This document shows positions 29,956 to 39,215 of a DNA stretch of 64,000 nt, piece after piece. How positions within the stretch are numbered: position 1 is the first letter of the stretch; each line of letters begins with the position of its first letter. The translations under genes were made by a program, and so were the position numbers. The stretch comes from Candidatus Nanohaloarchaea archaeon (GTDB taxonomy: Archaea > Nanohalarchaeota > Nanosalinia > Nanosalinales > Nanosalinaceae), in assembly GCA_013343275.1 (NCBI GenBank), contig CP046106.1, positions 768,001 through 832,000 on the forward strand, read 5' to 3'. The notes under the pieces were generated by a model that did no database searches, was not told the DNA's origin, and saw only the letters and a list, made by a program, of their open reading frames with translations.

Positions 29956-30309
29956 ATGGCCTTTGAAGACCTGGAGAGGAAGTTTGAGGAAACGGACAAG
30001 GATGTTGCCGAGATCGAGGAAGAGATAGAGGAGGAAATCGACGATCTATTTGAGGACTACTCTCGGGATGAAATACTGGAAATGGCGGAGCATCTGGACG
30101 ACGAGTTCCAGGAACATGTGAAGACTGTACTTGACATGTATATTATCAGGTACTACTCCGATCTTCTGCGTGAAGGAGAGAATCTGAACGCAGAGCTTGA
30201 AGAGGCTCTGGATGATCTTAAGAGCAAGTATGGCCGTAACGAGATACTTCTTCAGATTGAGGATATGAGTGAAGAGTTCCGGGAACGGGTTAGAGACTAC
30301 TTCGAATAG
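29956..30309 (+). CDS. Hypothetical acidic helical protein
   Basis: 117 aa E/D-rich ORF with an internal two-fold repeat (DDL...YSRDEIL / DDL...YGRNEIL). Confidence 0.6.
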   Translation: MAFEDLERKFEETDKDVAEIEEEIEEEIDDLFEDYSRDEILEMAEHLDDEFQEHVKTVLDMYIIRYYSDLLREGENLNAELEEALDDLKSKYGRNEILLQIEDMSEEFRERVRDYFE

Positions 30310-30330
30310 GCCTACCTTTCTCTTCAACCT

Positions 30331-30512
30331 TATTTATAAAGTTTGTCTTCTGTTTCAGTTATACCTTCCGGAGATTTTCTTTGGAAGGACAAGCCTTCAC
30401 TTGTAGGGGAGGCCTCTGGTGCTGAAATATTTGCCATCTAGCTGTTGCTAGGTGCAACAATTAACCAATGCCTCTAGTAATATGAGAGGCCTATTGGAGT
30501 TGAAACCAAACA
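30331..30512 (+). promoter_or_regulatory. TATA promoter and structured 5' leader of the rpl3 operon
   Basis: TTTATAAA at 30333-30340; hairpins at 30364-30388, 30435-30454 and 30465-30497. Confidence 0.6.
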
Positions 30513-31484
30513 ATGTCACAGAAGAATCGATCAAGAAGCGGATCTCTAGGATTCAAGCCTAAGGTCCGAGCAGAAAGAATCTACCCAGACATCGATAACT
30601 GGGAGGAAACAGACGAACTAAAACCGCTAGGCTTCGCAGGCTACAAAGTAGGAATGTCCAGAGTAATGATGATAGATGATACAGAAGGAGCAACACAGGG
30701 ACAGGAAGTAGCAGAAGCAGTAACAATACTAGAAGCACCGCCGCTCAGAGTATACGGAGCACGCTTCTACACACACGACGTTAACTCAGGTAAAGAAGTA
30801 TTTACAGAGGCCTGGACAGAATCTCCAGCACCAGAACTGCAGAGAGCAGTCGATGTACCGAAGGAAGGGAATATGGAGAACCTAGAGAAGGCCAAAGAGA
30901 ACGCAGATAAGATTACAGACATCCGACTGCTGGTCCACACACAGCCAAATCAGGCAGGACTCAGCAAGAAGACGGCAGAGAACTTCGAACTAGGAATCGG
31001 AGGCGACGTAGAAGATCAGCTCGAATACGCAGAAGAGATGATCGGAAAACAGATCGAATTCGATCAGGTATTCGAAGAAGGAGAATACTCAGATGTAGTA
31101 GCAGTAACCAAAGGAAAAGGAATGGAAGGCCCGGTCCAGAGATACGGAATCAAGAAACTCGGCCACAAGACTCAGAAGAAACGAAGAAAGGCCGGAAACG
31201 TAGGCCCATGGCACCCTGATACACTTTCATGGAAGGTACCACTGCCAGGCCAGCAAGGATACAACAACAGGACAGAACTCAACAAGAGAATCCTCGCACA
31301 GGGAGAAGATCCGGAAGACGTACAGAGAGACGGAGGATTCAAGAATTACGGAGAAGTTCAGTCCAACTACATTATAATCAAAGGCTCAGTACCAGGCCCA
31401 TCAGAGAGACTGATCAGGCTTCGAACAGCTATCAGAGAAGAAGGAAAACCAGGAACACCAGAAATTACTTACGTTGACCAATAG
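30513..31484 (+). CDS. rpl3: 50S ribosomal protein uL3
   Basis: RSGSLGFKP, FAGYKVGM, VTKGKGMEGPVQRYG and KGSVPGP. Confidence 0.97.
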   Translation: MSQKNRSRSGSLGFKPKVRAERIYPDIDNWEETDELKPLGFAGYKVGMSRVMMIDDTEGATQGQEVAEAVTILEAPPLRVYGARFYTHDVNSGKEVFTEAWTESPAPELQRAVDVPKEGNMENLEKAKENADKITDIRLLVHTQPNQAGLSKKTAENFELGIGGDVEDQLEYAEEMIGKQIEFDQVFEEGEYSDVVAVTKGKGMEGPVQRYGIKKLGHKTQKKRRKAGNVGPWHPDTLSWKVPLPGQQGYNNRTELNKRILAQGEDPEDVQRDGGFKNYGEVQSNYIIIKGSVPGPSERLIRLRTAIREEGKPGTPEITYVDQ

Positions 31485-31497
31485 AGGGTGAAGAAGA

Positions 31498-32256
31498 ATG
31501 ACAGATCTACCAATTCAGTTTACGGAAAGAGTGAGAGATGACCTCGTCAAGAGAGCAAATCTCTCAATCAAATCCAAGAAACGCCAGAGCTACGGAGCAG
31601 ATCCGGAAGCAGGTAACAAGCACGTTACCTACTGGAAGAAGAAGCAGAACGCTTACAGAGGCCAGAAAGGAAAAGGCATGTCCCGAGTACCACGTAAAAT
31701 TACAGTAAGAAGAGGCATGCAGATCTACGGAGAAGGAGCAGAAGCACCGAACACACGTGGCGGACGTAGAGCACACCCTCCAAAAGCAGAGAAAGACTTC
31801 GAAGAAGAAATCAACGACAAGGAAAGAAGAAAAGCAATCAGATCAGCAATCGCAGCAACAGCAGATCAAGACCTTGTCACAGAGAAACACGCATACGAAG
31901 GAGAAGTCCCTCTAGTAGAAACAGGTCTTGAAGACATAGAAAAAACACAGGACCTCAAAGAAAGACTAGAAGAACTAGGTCTTGAAGAAGAACTTTCCCG
32001 AGCCAAGCAGAAGAAGGTAAGAGCTGGCAAAGGAAAGAACAGAGGCCGTAAATACGTTACACGAGCAGGCCCTCTAGTAGTGGTTGCAGAAGATGAAGGA
32101 ATCAAGGACGCAGGAAGCAATCTTGCAGGAGTAGAGGTCTCACTGGTCGATCAGCTTAACGCTGAGAAACTTGCTCCAGGAGCAGAGCCAGGAAGACTTA
32201 CAGTCTGGAGCGAAAAAGCACTGGAAAAACTTGACGAAGAGGAACTTTTCCAATAA
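31498..32256 (+). CDS. rpl4: 50S ribosomal protein uL4
   Basis: GGRRAHPPK, INDKERRKAIRSAIAAT and LAPGAEPGRLTVW. Confidence 0.97.
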   Translation: MTDLPIQFTERVRDDLVKRANLSIKSKKRQSYGADPEAGNKHVTYWKKKQNAYRGQKGKGMSRVPRKITVRRGMQIYGEGAEAPNTRGGRRAHPPKAEKDFEEEINDKERRKAIRSAIAATADQDLVTEKHAYEGEVPLVETGLEDIEKTQDLKERLEELGLEEELSRAKQKKVRAGKGKNRGRKYVTRAGPLVVVAEDEGIKDAGSNLAGVEVSLVDQLNAEKLAPGAEPGRLTVWSEKALEKLDEEELFQ

Positions 32257-32272
32257 AAGGTGACAAAGAAAA

Positions 32273-32542
32273 ATGGAAGATGACAAAGCTTGGGAAATAA
32301 TCGAGAACCCTCACATGACAGAACAGGCAATGGACATGATTGACGAAGAGAACAAGCTTGTTCTCATGGTAGATCTCGACGCAAACAAGAACCAGGTAGA
32401 AGACGCAGTACAGACACTATTTGATGTTGAAGTAACCAAAGTAAATACCAACATCACACCGCAGGCCCAGAAAAAGGCCTACGTAAAACTCTCACAGAGC
32501 GACTCCGCGATGGATGTCGCAACCGAACTAGGTATGATGTAA
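32273..32542 (+). CDS. rpl23: 50S ribosomal protein uL23
   Basis: TEQAM...ENKL, VNT and KKAYVKL. Confidence 0.96.
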   Translation: MEDDKAWEIIENPHMTEQAMDMIDEENKLVLMVDLDANKNQVEDAVQTLFDVEVTKVNTNITPQAQKKAYVKLSQSDSAMDVATELGMM

Positions 32543-32544
32543 GA

Positions 32545-32601
32545 ATGAAGAAAATCGCAGATTTTCAGAGTAGCAGAAAACACAGAGGTGTTTTCAACTA
32601 A
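32545..32601 (+). repeat. Dual-hairpin micro-ORF cassette copy 1 (rpl23 to rpl2); peptide MKKIADFQSSRKHRGVFN
   Basis: GAAAATC-GCA-GATTTTC and GAAAACAC-AGAG-GTGTTTTC; the TAA overlaps the rpl2 ATG (TAATG). Confidence 0.8.
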
Positions 32602-33302
32602 TGGGAAGTCCACTAAGACAACAACGAAGAGGAAAAGGATCTCCGAACTACCAGTCTAACTCTCATAAATCCAAGGGAGATGTAGAGACAAAAAGAGCAG
32701 AAACTCAGGGAACAGTAGTAGATCTAGTACACGACCCAGGAAGAACATCCCCTGTAGCAGTAGTAGAGTTCGAGGACGGAGAAGAAAGAAACATCCTAGC
32801 GCCAGAAGGCCTAGCAGTAGGCGACACAATCGAGCTAGGAGTATCCGCAGAAGTCAAACCAGGAAACACACTTCCTGTAGGAGAGATCCCAGAAGGAGTA
32901 CCAATCCACAATCTAGAACTCCAGCCGAACGACGGCGGCCAGATCGCCAGAAGCAGCGGAACATACGCATTCGTCGTAACACACGAAAAAGATGGGGTAA
33001 GAGTAAAGCTTCCAAGCGGAGACTTCAAAAAGTTGAATACTAGCTGCCGTGCAACAATTGGAAAAGTAGCAGGCGGCGGAAGAAAGGAGAAACCGTTCGT
33101 AAAGGCCGGAAACAAGTCCAAGGCTATGAAGGCCAGAGGCAAGGCCTATCCGAAGGTCTCCGGCGTAGCAATGAACGCAGTAGACCACCCATTCGGTGGA
33201 TCCGCAAAACCAGGAAAAGCAAAGACAGTTTCCAAGCACGCCTCACCAGGGCGTAAAGTCGGAAACATCGGCGCAAGCCGCAGCGGAAAGAAGAAAGAGT
33301 AA
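32601..33302 (+). CDS. rpl2: 50S ribosomal protein uL2
   Basis: HDPGRT, RSSGT and GVAMNAVDHPFGG. Confidence 0.98.
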   Translation: MGSPLRQQRRGKGSPNYQSNSHKSKGDVETKRAETQGTVVDLVHDPGRTSPVAVVEFEDGEERNILAPEGLAVGDTIELGVSAEVKPGNTLPVGEIPEGVPIHNLELQPNDGGQIARSSGTYAFVVTHEKDGVRVKLPSGDFKKLNTSCRATIGKVAGGGRKEKPFVKAGNKSKAMKARGKAYPKVSGVAMNAVDHPFGGSAKPGKAKTVSKHASPGRKVGNIGASRSGKKKE

Positions 33303-33313
33303 GGTGATCAATT

Positions 33314-33694
33314 ATGGCAGACGAAGACTTTACATTCAGAGGAAAAACAATGGACGAACTCCGAGACATGGATCTCGAAGAGTTCGCCGACCTCCTCGAT
33401 GCAAGAGGCCGAAGAAAGATTCAGAGAGGCCTCAGAGAGGACGAGGAGAAGATCCTCGAAGATCTCGAGGAAAAAGACACAGTCAAAACCCACAGAAGAG
33501 GGATGATAGTAGTACCGAAGATGGTAGGAAACACCCTTCAGGTCTACAACGGACAGAGGTTCATCGAAGTAGAAGTCGAGGCACAGATGCTCGGCCACTA
33601 CCTCGGAGAATTCGCAAGAACCCGAAAAGAAGTCGAACACAGCGCACCAGGACTTGGTGCAACACGTTCGTCCAAACACATCCCGCTCAAGTGA
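33314..33694 (+). CDS. rps19: 30S ribosomal protein uS19
   Basis: FTFRG, KTHRR, MLGHYLGEF and GATRSSKHIPLK. Confidence 0.97.
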   Translation: MADEDFTFRGKTMDELRDMDLEEFADLLDARGRRKIQRGLREDEEKILEDLEEKDTVKTHRRGMIVVPKMVGNTLQVYNGQRFIEVEVEAQMLGHYLGEFARTRKEVEHSAPGLGATRSSKHIPLK

Positions 33695-33702
33695 TTTAAC
33701 CT

Positions 33703-34113
33703 ATGGAACTTGACGCACACCAAGCATTTGCACAGGGCCGAAACATGCCTGTATCATGGAAGGACTGCACAGAAGTCGGACGCTTCATCAAAGGCGACTC
33801 TGTAGAGAAAGCAGAGAGAAAGCTCGAGAAAGTAATCGAGAAAGAACTCGCAGTACCCTACACAAAGTTCGACAGCGATGTCGGCCACAGAAGCGGACAT
33901 GGAGACTCCGGAAGATACCCGGAGAAAGCATCCAAGGAAATCCTGGAAGTTCTCAGATCTGCAGCATCAAATGCAGAGCACGAAGGCCTCAACCCTGGTG
34001 CACTTGAAGTACAGAACGTCATCACCAACAAAGGCCAAGAAATGAGAACTCCCGGAAGACATCCTGGAGAGACAAAAGCAGCACACGTAAAAATAATTGT
34101 AGGAGAGCGATAA
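33703..34113 (+). CDS. rpl22: 50S ribosomal protein uL22
   Basis: VSWK, VGHR, GRYPEKA and NAE; canonical position. Confidence 0.95.
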   Translation: MELDAHQAFAQGRNMPVSWKDCTEVGRFIKGDSVEKAERKLEKVIEKELAVPYTKFDSDVGHRSGHGDSGRYPEKASKEILEVLRSAASNAEHEGLNPGALEVQNVITNKGQEMRTPGRHPGETKAAHVKIIVGER

Positions 34114-34114
34114 T

Positions 34115-34168
34115 ATGACCGAAAATCAGAGATTTTCTGGGCATGCAAAAGACCGAGGTGGTCTTTGA
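34115..34168 (+). repeat. Dual-hairpin micro-ORF cassette copy 2 (rpl22 to rps3); peptide MTENQRFSGHAKDRGGL
   Basis: GAAAATC-AGA-GATTTTC and AAAGACC-GAGGT-GGTCTTT; the TGA abuts the rps3 ATG. Confidence 0.75.
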
Positions 34169-35233
34169 ATGCAAGAGAAAAAATTCATTCAGAAAGGAGC
34201 ACGTAAGGTAAGACTTCACGAGTTCCTTGAAGAAGAACTTGAAGGCGCAGGATACAGTCACGCAGACCTGGTAAGAACACCTACATCAGCAAAAATCGTG
34301 ATCTACGCACAGAGACCGGGCCTCGTCATCGGAAGAGGGGGTTCCAGGATCAAGGAACTCACAGCAGATCTCGAAGAAGAATTCGACTTCGATAACCCAC
34401 AGATCGAGGTTAACGAGATCGAAGAACCTGATGCAGATGCAGAAGTAGTAGCAAAGAGCATCGCAAACTGGCTTGAGAAAGGAGGCCACGCCAAACGTGT
34501 AGGATACACCTACATCAGAAGAATGAAGGAAGCAGGAGTAACAGGAGCAGAAGTAGAGATCACAGGAAAGCTCTCCGGAAACAGAGGCCGTACAGAGAAG
34601 TTCTCATTCGGATACGTAAAGAGATGCGGAAACACCTCTAAGGAAAACGTGGATAAAGGATACGAACTGGCCCGTACAAAGCCAGGAGCAATCGGAGTCA
34701 AAGTACGCATGATGAAGGAAATGCCGGACTTCATGCACAGAGACGTCGATGTCAGCGAGGAAATCCTCCACGAATCAGAAGTCTCAGAAGAATCACAGAT
34801 CAAGTCCGACAGAATCCAGCAGGTACTGGAAGAAGCAGAAAGCATGACTTCCTCCGAACTTGAGAGAGCAATCGAAGAGAAGGCAGAGACAATAGAGACA
34901 GGAGACATCTCCAAAGAAGAAGTCAGAGAGGCCTTCGAAGCAAGAGAGGAATCAGAGCCAGAAGAAGTCGAAGCCGAAGAACCAGAAGAGTCTGAATCTG
35001 AAGAAGCATCTTCTGAGGAGCAATCTTCCGAAGAGGAAGAGGACACAGAAGACTCATCTGAACAGGAAGAGACTGAAGAGACGGATGTAGAGGAAATTGT
35101 CTCAGGAACCATCAGCGACGCAAAGGACGCAATCTCAGAAATGGAGGATCCTGACTACGGCGCAATTCTACAGGCCGAGAAAGCCAACAAAAACCGAACA
35201 ACCTTTATTGACTGGCTTGAATCCCAGCAATAA
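34169..35233 (+). CDS. rps3: 30S ribosomal protein uS3 with long acidic C-terminal extension
   Basis: RPGLVIGRGG KH motif, GKLSG and KPGAIGVKV. Confidence 0.97.
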   Translation: MQEKKFIQKGARKVRLHEFLEEELEGAGYSHADLVRTPTSAKIVIYAQRPGLVIGRGGSRIKELTADLEEEFDFDNPQIEVNEIEEPDADAEVVAKSIANWLEKGGHAKRVGYTYIRRMKEAGVTGAEVEITGKLSGNRGRTEKFSFGYVKRCGNTSKENVDKGYELARTKPGAIGVKVRMMKEMPDFMHRDVDVSEEILHESEVSEESQIKSDRIQQVLEEAESMTSSELERAIEEKAETIETGDISKEEVREAFEAREESEPEEVEAEEPEESESEEASSEEQSSEEEEDTEDSSEQEETEETDVEEIVSGTISDAKDAISEMEDPDYGAILQAEKANKNRTTFIDWLESQQ

Positions 35234-35262
35234 ATAAAAGGAACTAACAGAAGTGATTAACC

Positions 35263-35460
35263 GTGTCAGAACTTTCAATCTCTGAACTCAGAGAAAAAGA
35301 CGCCTCCGAACTCAAACAGGACCTTACAGATCTACAGAAGGAACTTGTACAGGAAAGAGGCCAGATAGAAGTCGGAGGATTTGCCGACAACCCTGGCCGA
35401 CTCGGAGAAATGAAGAAAACCATCGCACGTATCAAAACAGTTCTCAACGAACGCCAATAA
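35263..35460 (+). CDS. rpl29: 50S ribosomal protein uL29
   Basis: NPGRLGEMKKTIARIKT. Confidence 0.95.
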   Translation: MSELSISELREKDASELKQDLTDLQKELVQERGQIEVGGFADNPGRLGEMKKTIARIKTVLNERQ

Positions 35461-35469
35461 AGAATTATA

Positions 35470-35778
35470 ATGTCAGATCTCAATCCCAACAGCGGACTAC
35501 CCGACGAACTCGACGTCACCGACCAACTAGCAAGATCAGAACAGAAAATCACTGTAAAGATCGACACAAGAAGCTTCGGCAAAGAAGTCACAGTAGTCGA
35601 AGGCCTTGGAGAAGAAATCAACCTCGATGACCTATCCTCCAAACTCAAGTCCAAACTTGCATGCGGAGGAACAGTCAAAGACGGCCACATCGAACTCCAG
35701 GGCGACCACACACGTCGAATCGAAGACGTCCTCGCAGACCAGGGATTCGACAAAGAAAACATCGAAATCCAGAGATAA
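35470..35778 (+). CDS. Translation initiation factor SUI1/aIF1
   Basis: GKEVTVVEG and LKSKLACGGTVKDGHIELQGDH. Confidence 0.95.
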   Translation: MSDLNPNSGLPDELDVTDQLARSEQKITVKIDTRSFGKEVTVVEGLGEEINLDDLSSKLKSKLACGGTVKDGHIELQGDHTRRIEDVLADQGFDKENIEIQR

Positions 35779-35872
35779 AATCATCCTCTGGGCCTGTTCA
35801 CATCTCCCTTTTTTACTTTCTACCTAGAAACCAACAGTTTCAAGTTGATACCTGCATAAAATCTAACTGGCT

Positions 35873-36616
35873 ATGAAGGCAACAATTCTGGGTTCAGGAG
35901 ACCCTCTAGGAATGCCGGTACCTATGTGTAAATGCAAGTACTGTAGAAAAGGCCCTGAAAGATTGAGAGCAGGCCTTAAGGTGGAGACAGAGGATTCAAC
36001 AGTTGTTTTCGATATAGGCCCTGATCTCCGTCAACAGCTTATCTCAACTGATACTTCGGATGTAGATGCCTTTTTCGCAACTCACGCTCATTTCGATCAC
36101 TTTGGAGGCCTTCCTGAATTAAGTAATCTTGACGTATTTGCTGATGCCGAAATCTCTATCTATGGTAGTGAAGAGGTTCAGAACTACATTGAAGATGTTT
36201 ACAGCTGGATAGATATCGATTACACAGTCTTCGAAGGCAGTACAGAGATCGGAGATCTAACTGTAGAGGCCTTCCCGGTAGAGCACTCGGAGTTCCTTCC
36301 AATGCAGGGTTACGCCGTTGAAAGCTGGGGCAAGAAGGTTGTGTACATACCTGATCTCAAATCCCTTCCGGAAACAGATGTCTACAGGGATGCAGACGTT
36401 CTATTTATTGATGGAATGTACCTGTTCGAGAAACACATGGAAGATGACGAGGATCACGCAGCGAAGGAGGAATTAAAGGCCGAGATAGAGAAATGCAACG
36501 CAGAAAAAGTAGTGCTCTTAGGGATGTCGGAACACTTCAACGAAATGACTGTGGAAGAAGAGAAAGAAAAAACCAGGTACGAGATAGGGAAAGACTTCAA
36601 AGAATACTCTCTCTAG
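35873..36616 (+). CDS. Metallo-beta-lactamase fold hydrolase (PhnP-like)
   Basis: ILGSG...VPMCKCKYC, DIGPDLRQQ, THAHFDHFGG and VEH. Confidence 0.88.
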   Translation: MKATILGSGDPLGMPVPMCKCKYCRKGPERLRAGLKVETEDSTVVFDIGPDLRQQLISTDTSDVDAFFATHAHFDHFGGLPELSNLDVFADAEISIYGSEEVQNYIEDVYSWIDIDYTVFEGSTEIGDLTVEAFPVEHSEFLPMQGYAVESWGKKVVYIPDLKSLPETDVYRDADVLFIDGMYLFEKHMEDDEDHAAKEELKAEIEKCNAEKVVLLGMSEHFNEMTVEEEKEKTRYEIGKDFKEYSL

Positions 36617-36625
36617 TTAACTAAT

Positions 36626-36901
36626 ATGCCAATAACACCAGAAAACCTCCCGAAACACGAACTCATAGGCCTCCATGTAGAGGTAGTTGAGTCAACAGAT
36701 GAGACTCTCGAAGGCCTTGAGGGAGAGGTTATGGATGAAACCAAGTCCATGCTGAGAATCGACGGGAAACAGATGCAGAAAAAGAACTGCACGTTTCTCT
36801 TCGAGATACCTTCAGGAGAGGAGGTAGAGGTAGATGGGGAGCTTATTGCGAAAAGGCCTGAAGAGCGTACAGGCATGAAACTGCCGGAAAAATACCGGTA
36901 A
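36626..36901 (+). CDS. rnp1: RNase P protein component 1 (Rpp29/POP4)
   Basis: HELIGL, GEVMDETK and RPEER. Confidence 0.93.
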   Translation: MPITPENLPKHELIGLHVEVVESTDETLEGLEGEVMDETKSMLRIDGKQMQKKNCTFLFEIPSGEEVEVDGELIAKRPEERTGMKLPEKYR

Positions 36902-36940
36902 AGGCCTTTCTTTGAGTTCCACTTACTACTTCAAAGTACC

Positions 36941-37170
36941 CTTTTAAAGTTTGTCTTTGAATGTGTTCTTACGAACCTCAAAACTTGATTGAGGTCTTGA
37001 TAACCGCTGGAAGTCGAGTCTTTGGCTCGATACTTTCGGTGGTCTGCTTGGAAAACCCACGTTTGTGAGTGTTTTTGCTGCAGACTCTCCGATTTGCTAT
37101 TTCTGGCGGTTGTAGAACCTCCAATCAGATCAATAAACAAACAATTAGACAATCGAAAGGTGAACAAGGC
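36941..37170 (+). ncRNA. Promoter plus about 200 nt structured leader RNA upstream of rps17 (candidate r-protein leader)
   Basis: TTTTAAA at 36942; hairpin 36975-36995; 14 bp helix 37000-37013/37100-37113 enclosing two stems. Confidence 0.55.
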
Positions 37171-37461
37171 TTGACTGAAACAAATGAATCCAGCGAATAC
37201 CCAATCAGGGGCGGAGTATTTACAGGAACAGTAGAATCCACGAAAATGCAGAAATCCGCAACTGTACGATGGGAACACACACAGGAAATTCCGAAATACG
37301 AGAGAAAAGAGAGAAGAAACACAAAGATCACAGTCCACGTCCCTGAAGACATGGAGATCGAGGAAGGCGACACAGTAAAGGTCGGAGAGACCAAGCCAAT
37401 CTCAAAAACCAAGAGCCATGTAGTAATGGAAAAAATAACCGACGAAGAAAACGAGGAGTAG
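37171..37461 (+). CDS. rps17: 30S ribosomal protein uS17
   Basis: TTG start after SD AAGGTGA; KMQKSATV, PKYERKE and GETKPISKTK. Confidence 0.95.
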   Translation: MTETNESSEYPIRGGVFTGTVESTKMQKSATVRWEHTQEIPKYERKERRNTKITVHVPEDMEIEEGDTVKVGETKPISKTKSHVVMEKITDEENEE

Positions 37462-37468
37462 ATTCTAA

Positions 37469-37867
37469 ATGAAGCCACTAGGAGCAAGCATTACAAGAGG
37501 CCTGGACCAGGGCGCAGAACTAACATGCGCAGACAACTCCGGAGCTAAAAAACTGAAGATCATCGGAGTTAAAAGCCAGAAAGGCCGAAGGTCAAGAAGA
37601 AACTCCGCAGGAATCGCAGACAAAGTAGTAGTAAGAGTCCTCAAAGGAGACGAGGAAACAAAACACGAAATATTCGAAGCAGTAGTTGTCAGACAGAGAC
37701 AGGAATTCGAAAGACCAGAAGGAACACGAGTAAAATTCGAAGACAACGCAGCAGTACTAGTAGAAGAAAACGGGCTTCCAAAAGGTTCAGTAACCCGAGG
37801 CCCAATTGCAAAAGAAGTAGTACAGCGATACTCCCCGATCGGGAAGATCGCATCAAAGGTGGTGTAA
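37469..37867 (+). CDS. rpl14: 50S ribosomal protein uL14
   Basis: CADNSGAK, FEDNAAV and GPIAKE. Confidence 0.98.
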   Translation: MKPLGASITRGLDQGAELTCADNSGAKKLKIIGVKSQKGRRSRRNSAGIADKVVVRVLKGDEETKHEIFEAVVVRQRQEFERPEGTRVKFEDNAAVLVEENGLPKGSVTRGPIAKEVVQRYSPIGKIASKVV

Positions 37868-37869
37868 CG

Positions 37870-37920
37870 ATGAAAATCGCAGATTTTCGGAGTAGCAGAA
37901 AACAAGGTGTTTTCAACTAA
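37870..37920 (+). repeat. Dual-hairpin micro-ORF cassette copy 3 (rpl14 to rpl24); peptide MKIADFRSSRKQGVFN
   Basis: GAAAATC-GCA-GATTTTC and GAAAACA-AGG-TGTTTTC; TAATG overlap with rpl24. Confidence 0.8.
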
Positions 37921-38558
37921 TGAGCAACAACGAATGGAGCAGAAGCTGGAACTCAAGTAAGAACCCGACGAAGCAGAGAAAATACCGTAGAAACGCACCA
38001 CAGCATGTAAAAGATAAACTAGTGTCAGCAAATCTGGCCTCAGAACTTAGAGAAGAGCTAGGAACCAGAAACCTCAATCTCAAAGTAGGAGACAGAGTAG
38101 AGATCATGAGAGGCGACGACAAAGGAACTTCCGGAGTAATCAGCAGCATCGACAGAGAGAACGGAACAGTAACAGTAAACGGCGTAGAGAACGAACGTAC
38201 AGATGGCACATCCAGAGAAAAAACACTACAGCCATCCAACCTCCAGATCCAGGCACTCAACCTCGAAAACGTCTCAAGAATCGAAGCCTACGATGTAGAA
38301 GATACAGAAGCAATCGAAGTAGATGAAGAAGAACTAGAGGAACTTGAGGAAGAAGAGGAAGAAAATGCAATGATGCAGCAAATGCAGGGCGGAGGAGAAG
38401 CCGCAGACATCAGTGAAGAAGAACTCGAAGAGATTGAAGAAGAAATAGAAGAAGAGGAAACTGAAGCTGAAGAAGAGAAAGACACCGAATCCGAAGAGGA
38501 TTCAGACGAAACCACAGAAGAATCCGATGAAGAATCGGAAGAGAAAGGTGAGCAATAA
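37920..38558 (+). CDS. rpl24: 50S ribosomal protein uL24 with acidic C-terminal tail
   Basis: SKNPTKQRK, GDRVEIMRG and QPSNL. Confidence 0.96.
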   Translation: MSNNEWSRSWNSSKNPTKQRKYRRNAPQHVKDKLVSANLASELREELGTRNLNLKVGDRVEIMRGDDKGTSGVISSIDRENGTVTVNGVENERTDGTSREKTLQPSNLQIQALNLENVSRIEAYDVEDTEAIEVDEEELEELEEEEEENAMMQQMQGGGEAADISEEELEEIEEEIEEEETEAEEEKDTESEEDSDETTEESDEESEEKGEQ

Positions 38559-39215
38559 ATGGGATTCCAAAAACGACTATCAGCACCAAAACACTATCCT
38601 ATCGACAGGAAAAACAACTCTTACGTAGTAGAACTCAAAGGTTCAAGAAGCAAAGACCAGGCTATTCCAACAGCACTATTCCTTAGAGATGTGCTTGGAT
38701 ACGCAGACACAGTAAGCGAAGCCAAGAAAATAGTAAACGATGGCAAAGTCCAGAGAAACGGCGACACAGTAAGAGATATCAAAGAAGGCCTAGGAGTACT
38801 CGACGTAGTCGAAGTAGACGGCCTCGAAGAGACATACAGAATAGTAAAAGACAGCAAAGGCCTCAAATTCATCGCAGTAGAAGATGACAAGGTCCTTGCC
38901 AAGGTAACAGGAAAGAGAGCAGAAGGAGATGAATACGTTTACAGCCTCCACAACGGCGAGAACTACAGAACCAAAGATGAGTTCGAAGTTCAGAGCTCAC
39001 TGATCTTCAACGGAGGAGTCAAGGAAGTACCTCTTGAAGAAGGCGCAGAGGTTCTAATTACAGGAGGCCAGCACGCAGGAGAAACTGCAGAGCTAGTAGA
39101 AGTTAACAGAAGTGGCCTCAAAACCTCAACAGCAACAGTTGAAGAAGCCGACAGACAGTTCGATACACGGCTTGAAAACATTGTAGCAGTTGAAGACGTC
39201 AAGGTGACAGAATAA
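38559..39215 (+). CDS. rps4e: 30S ribosomal protein eS4
   Basis: KRLSAP, LRDVLGYA, LHNGEN and ITGGQHAG. Confidence 0.95.
   Translation: MGFQKRLSAPKHYPIDRKNNSYVVELKGSRSKDQAIPTALFLRDVLGYADTVSEAKKIVNDGKVQRNGDTVRDIKEGLGVLDVVEVDGLEETYRIVKDSKGLKFIAVEDDKVLAKVTGKRAEGDEYVYSLHNGENYRTKDEFEVQSSLIFNGGVKEVPLEEGAEVLITGGQHAGETAELVEVNRSGLKTSTATVEEADRQFDTRLENIVAVEDVKVTE

Noticed and set aside
36975-37113. 5S rRNA, SRP RNA or RNase P RNA identity for the structured region
   Set aside because: I could not see their hallmark motifs (5S CCGAAC loop, SRP helix 8, RNase P GAGGAAAGUCC).
37069-37170. N-terminal extension of uS17 given in the ORF track
   Set aside because: A strong SD precedes TTG 37171, and the extension overlaps the structured leader and is not S17-like.
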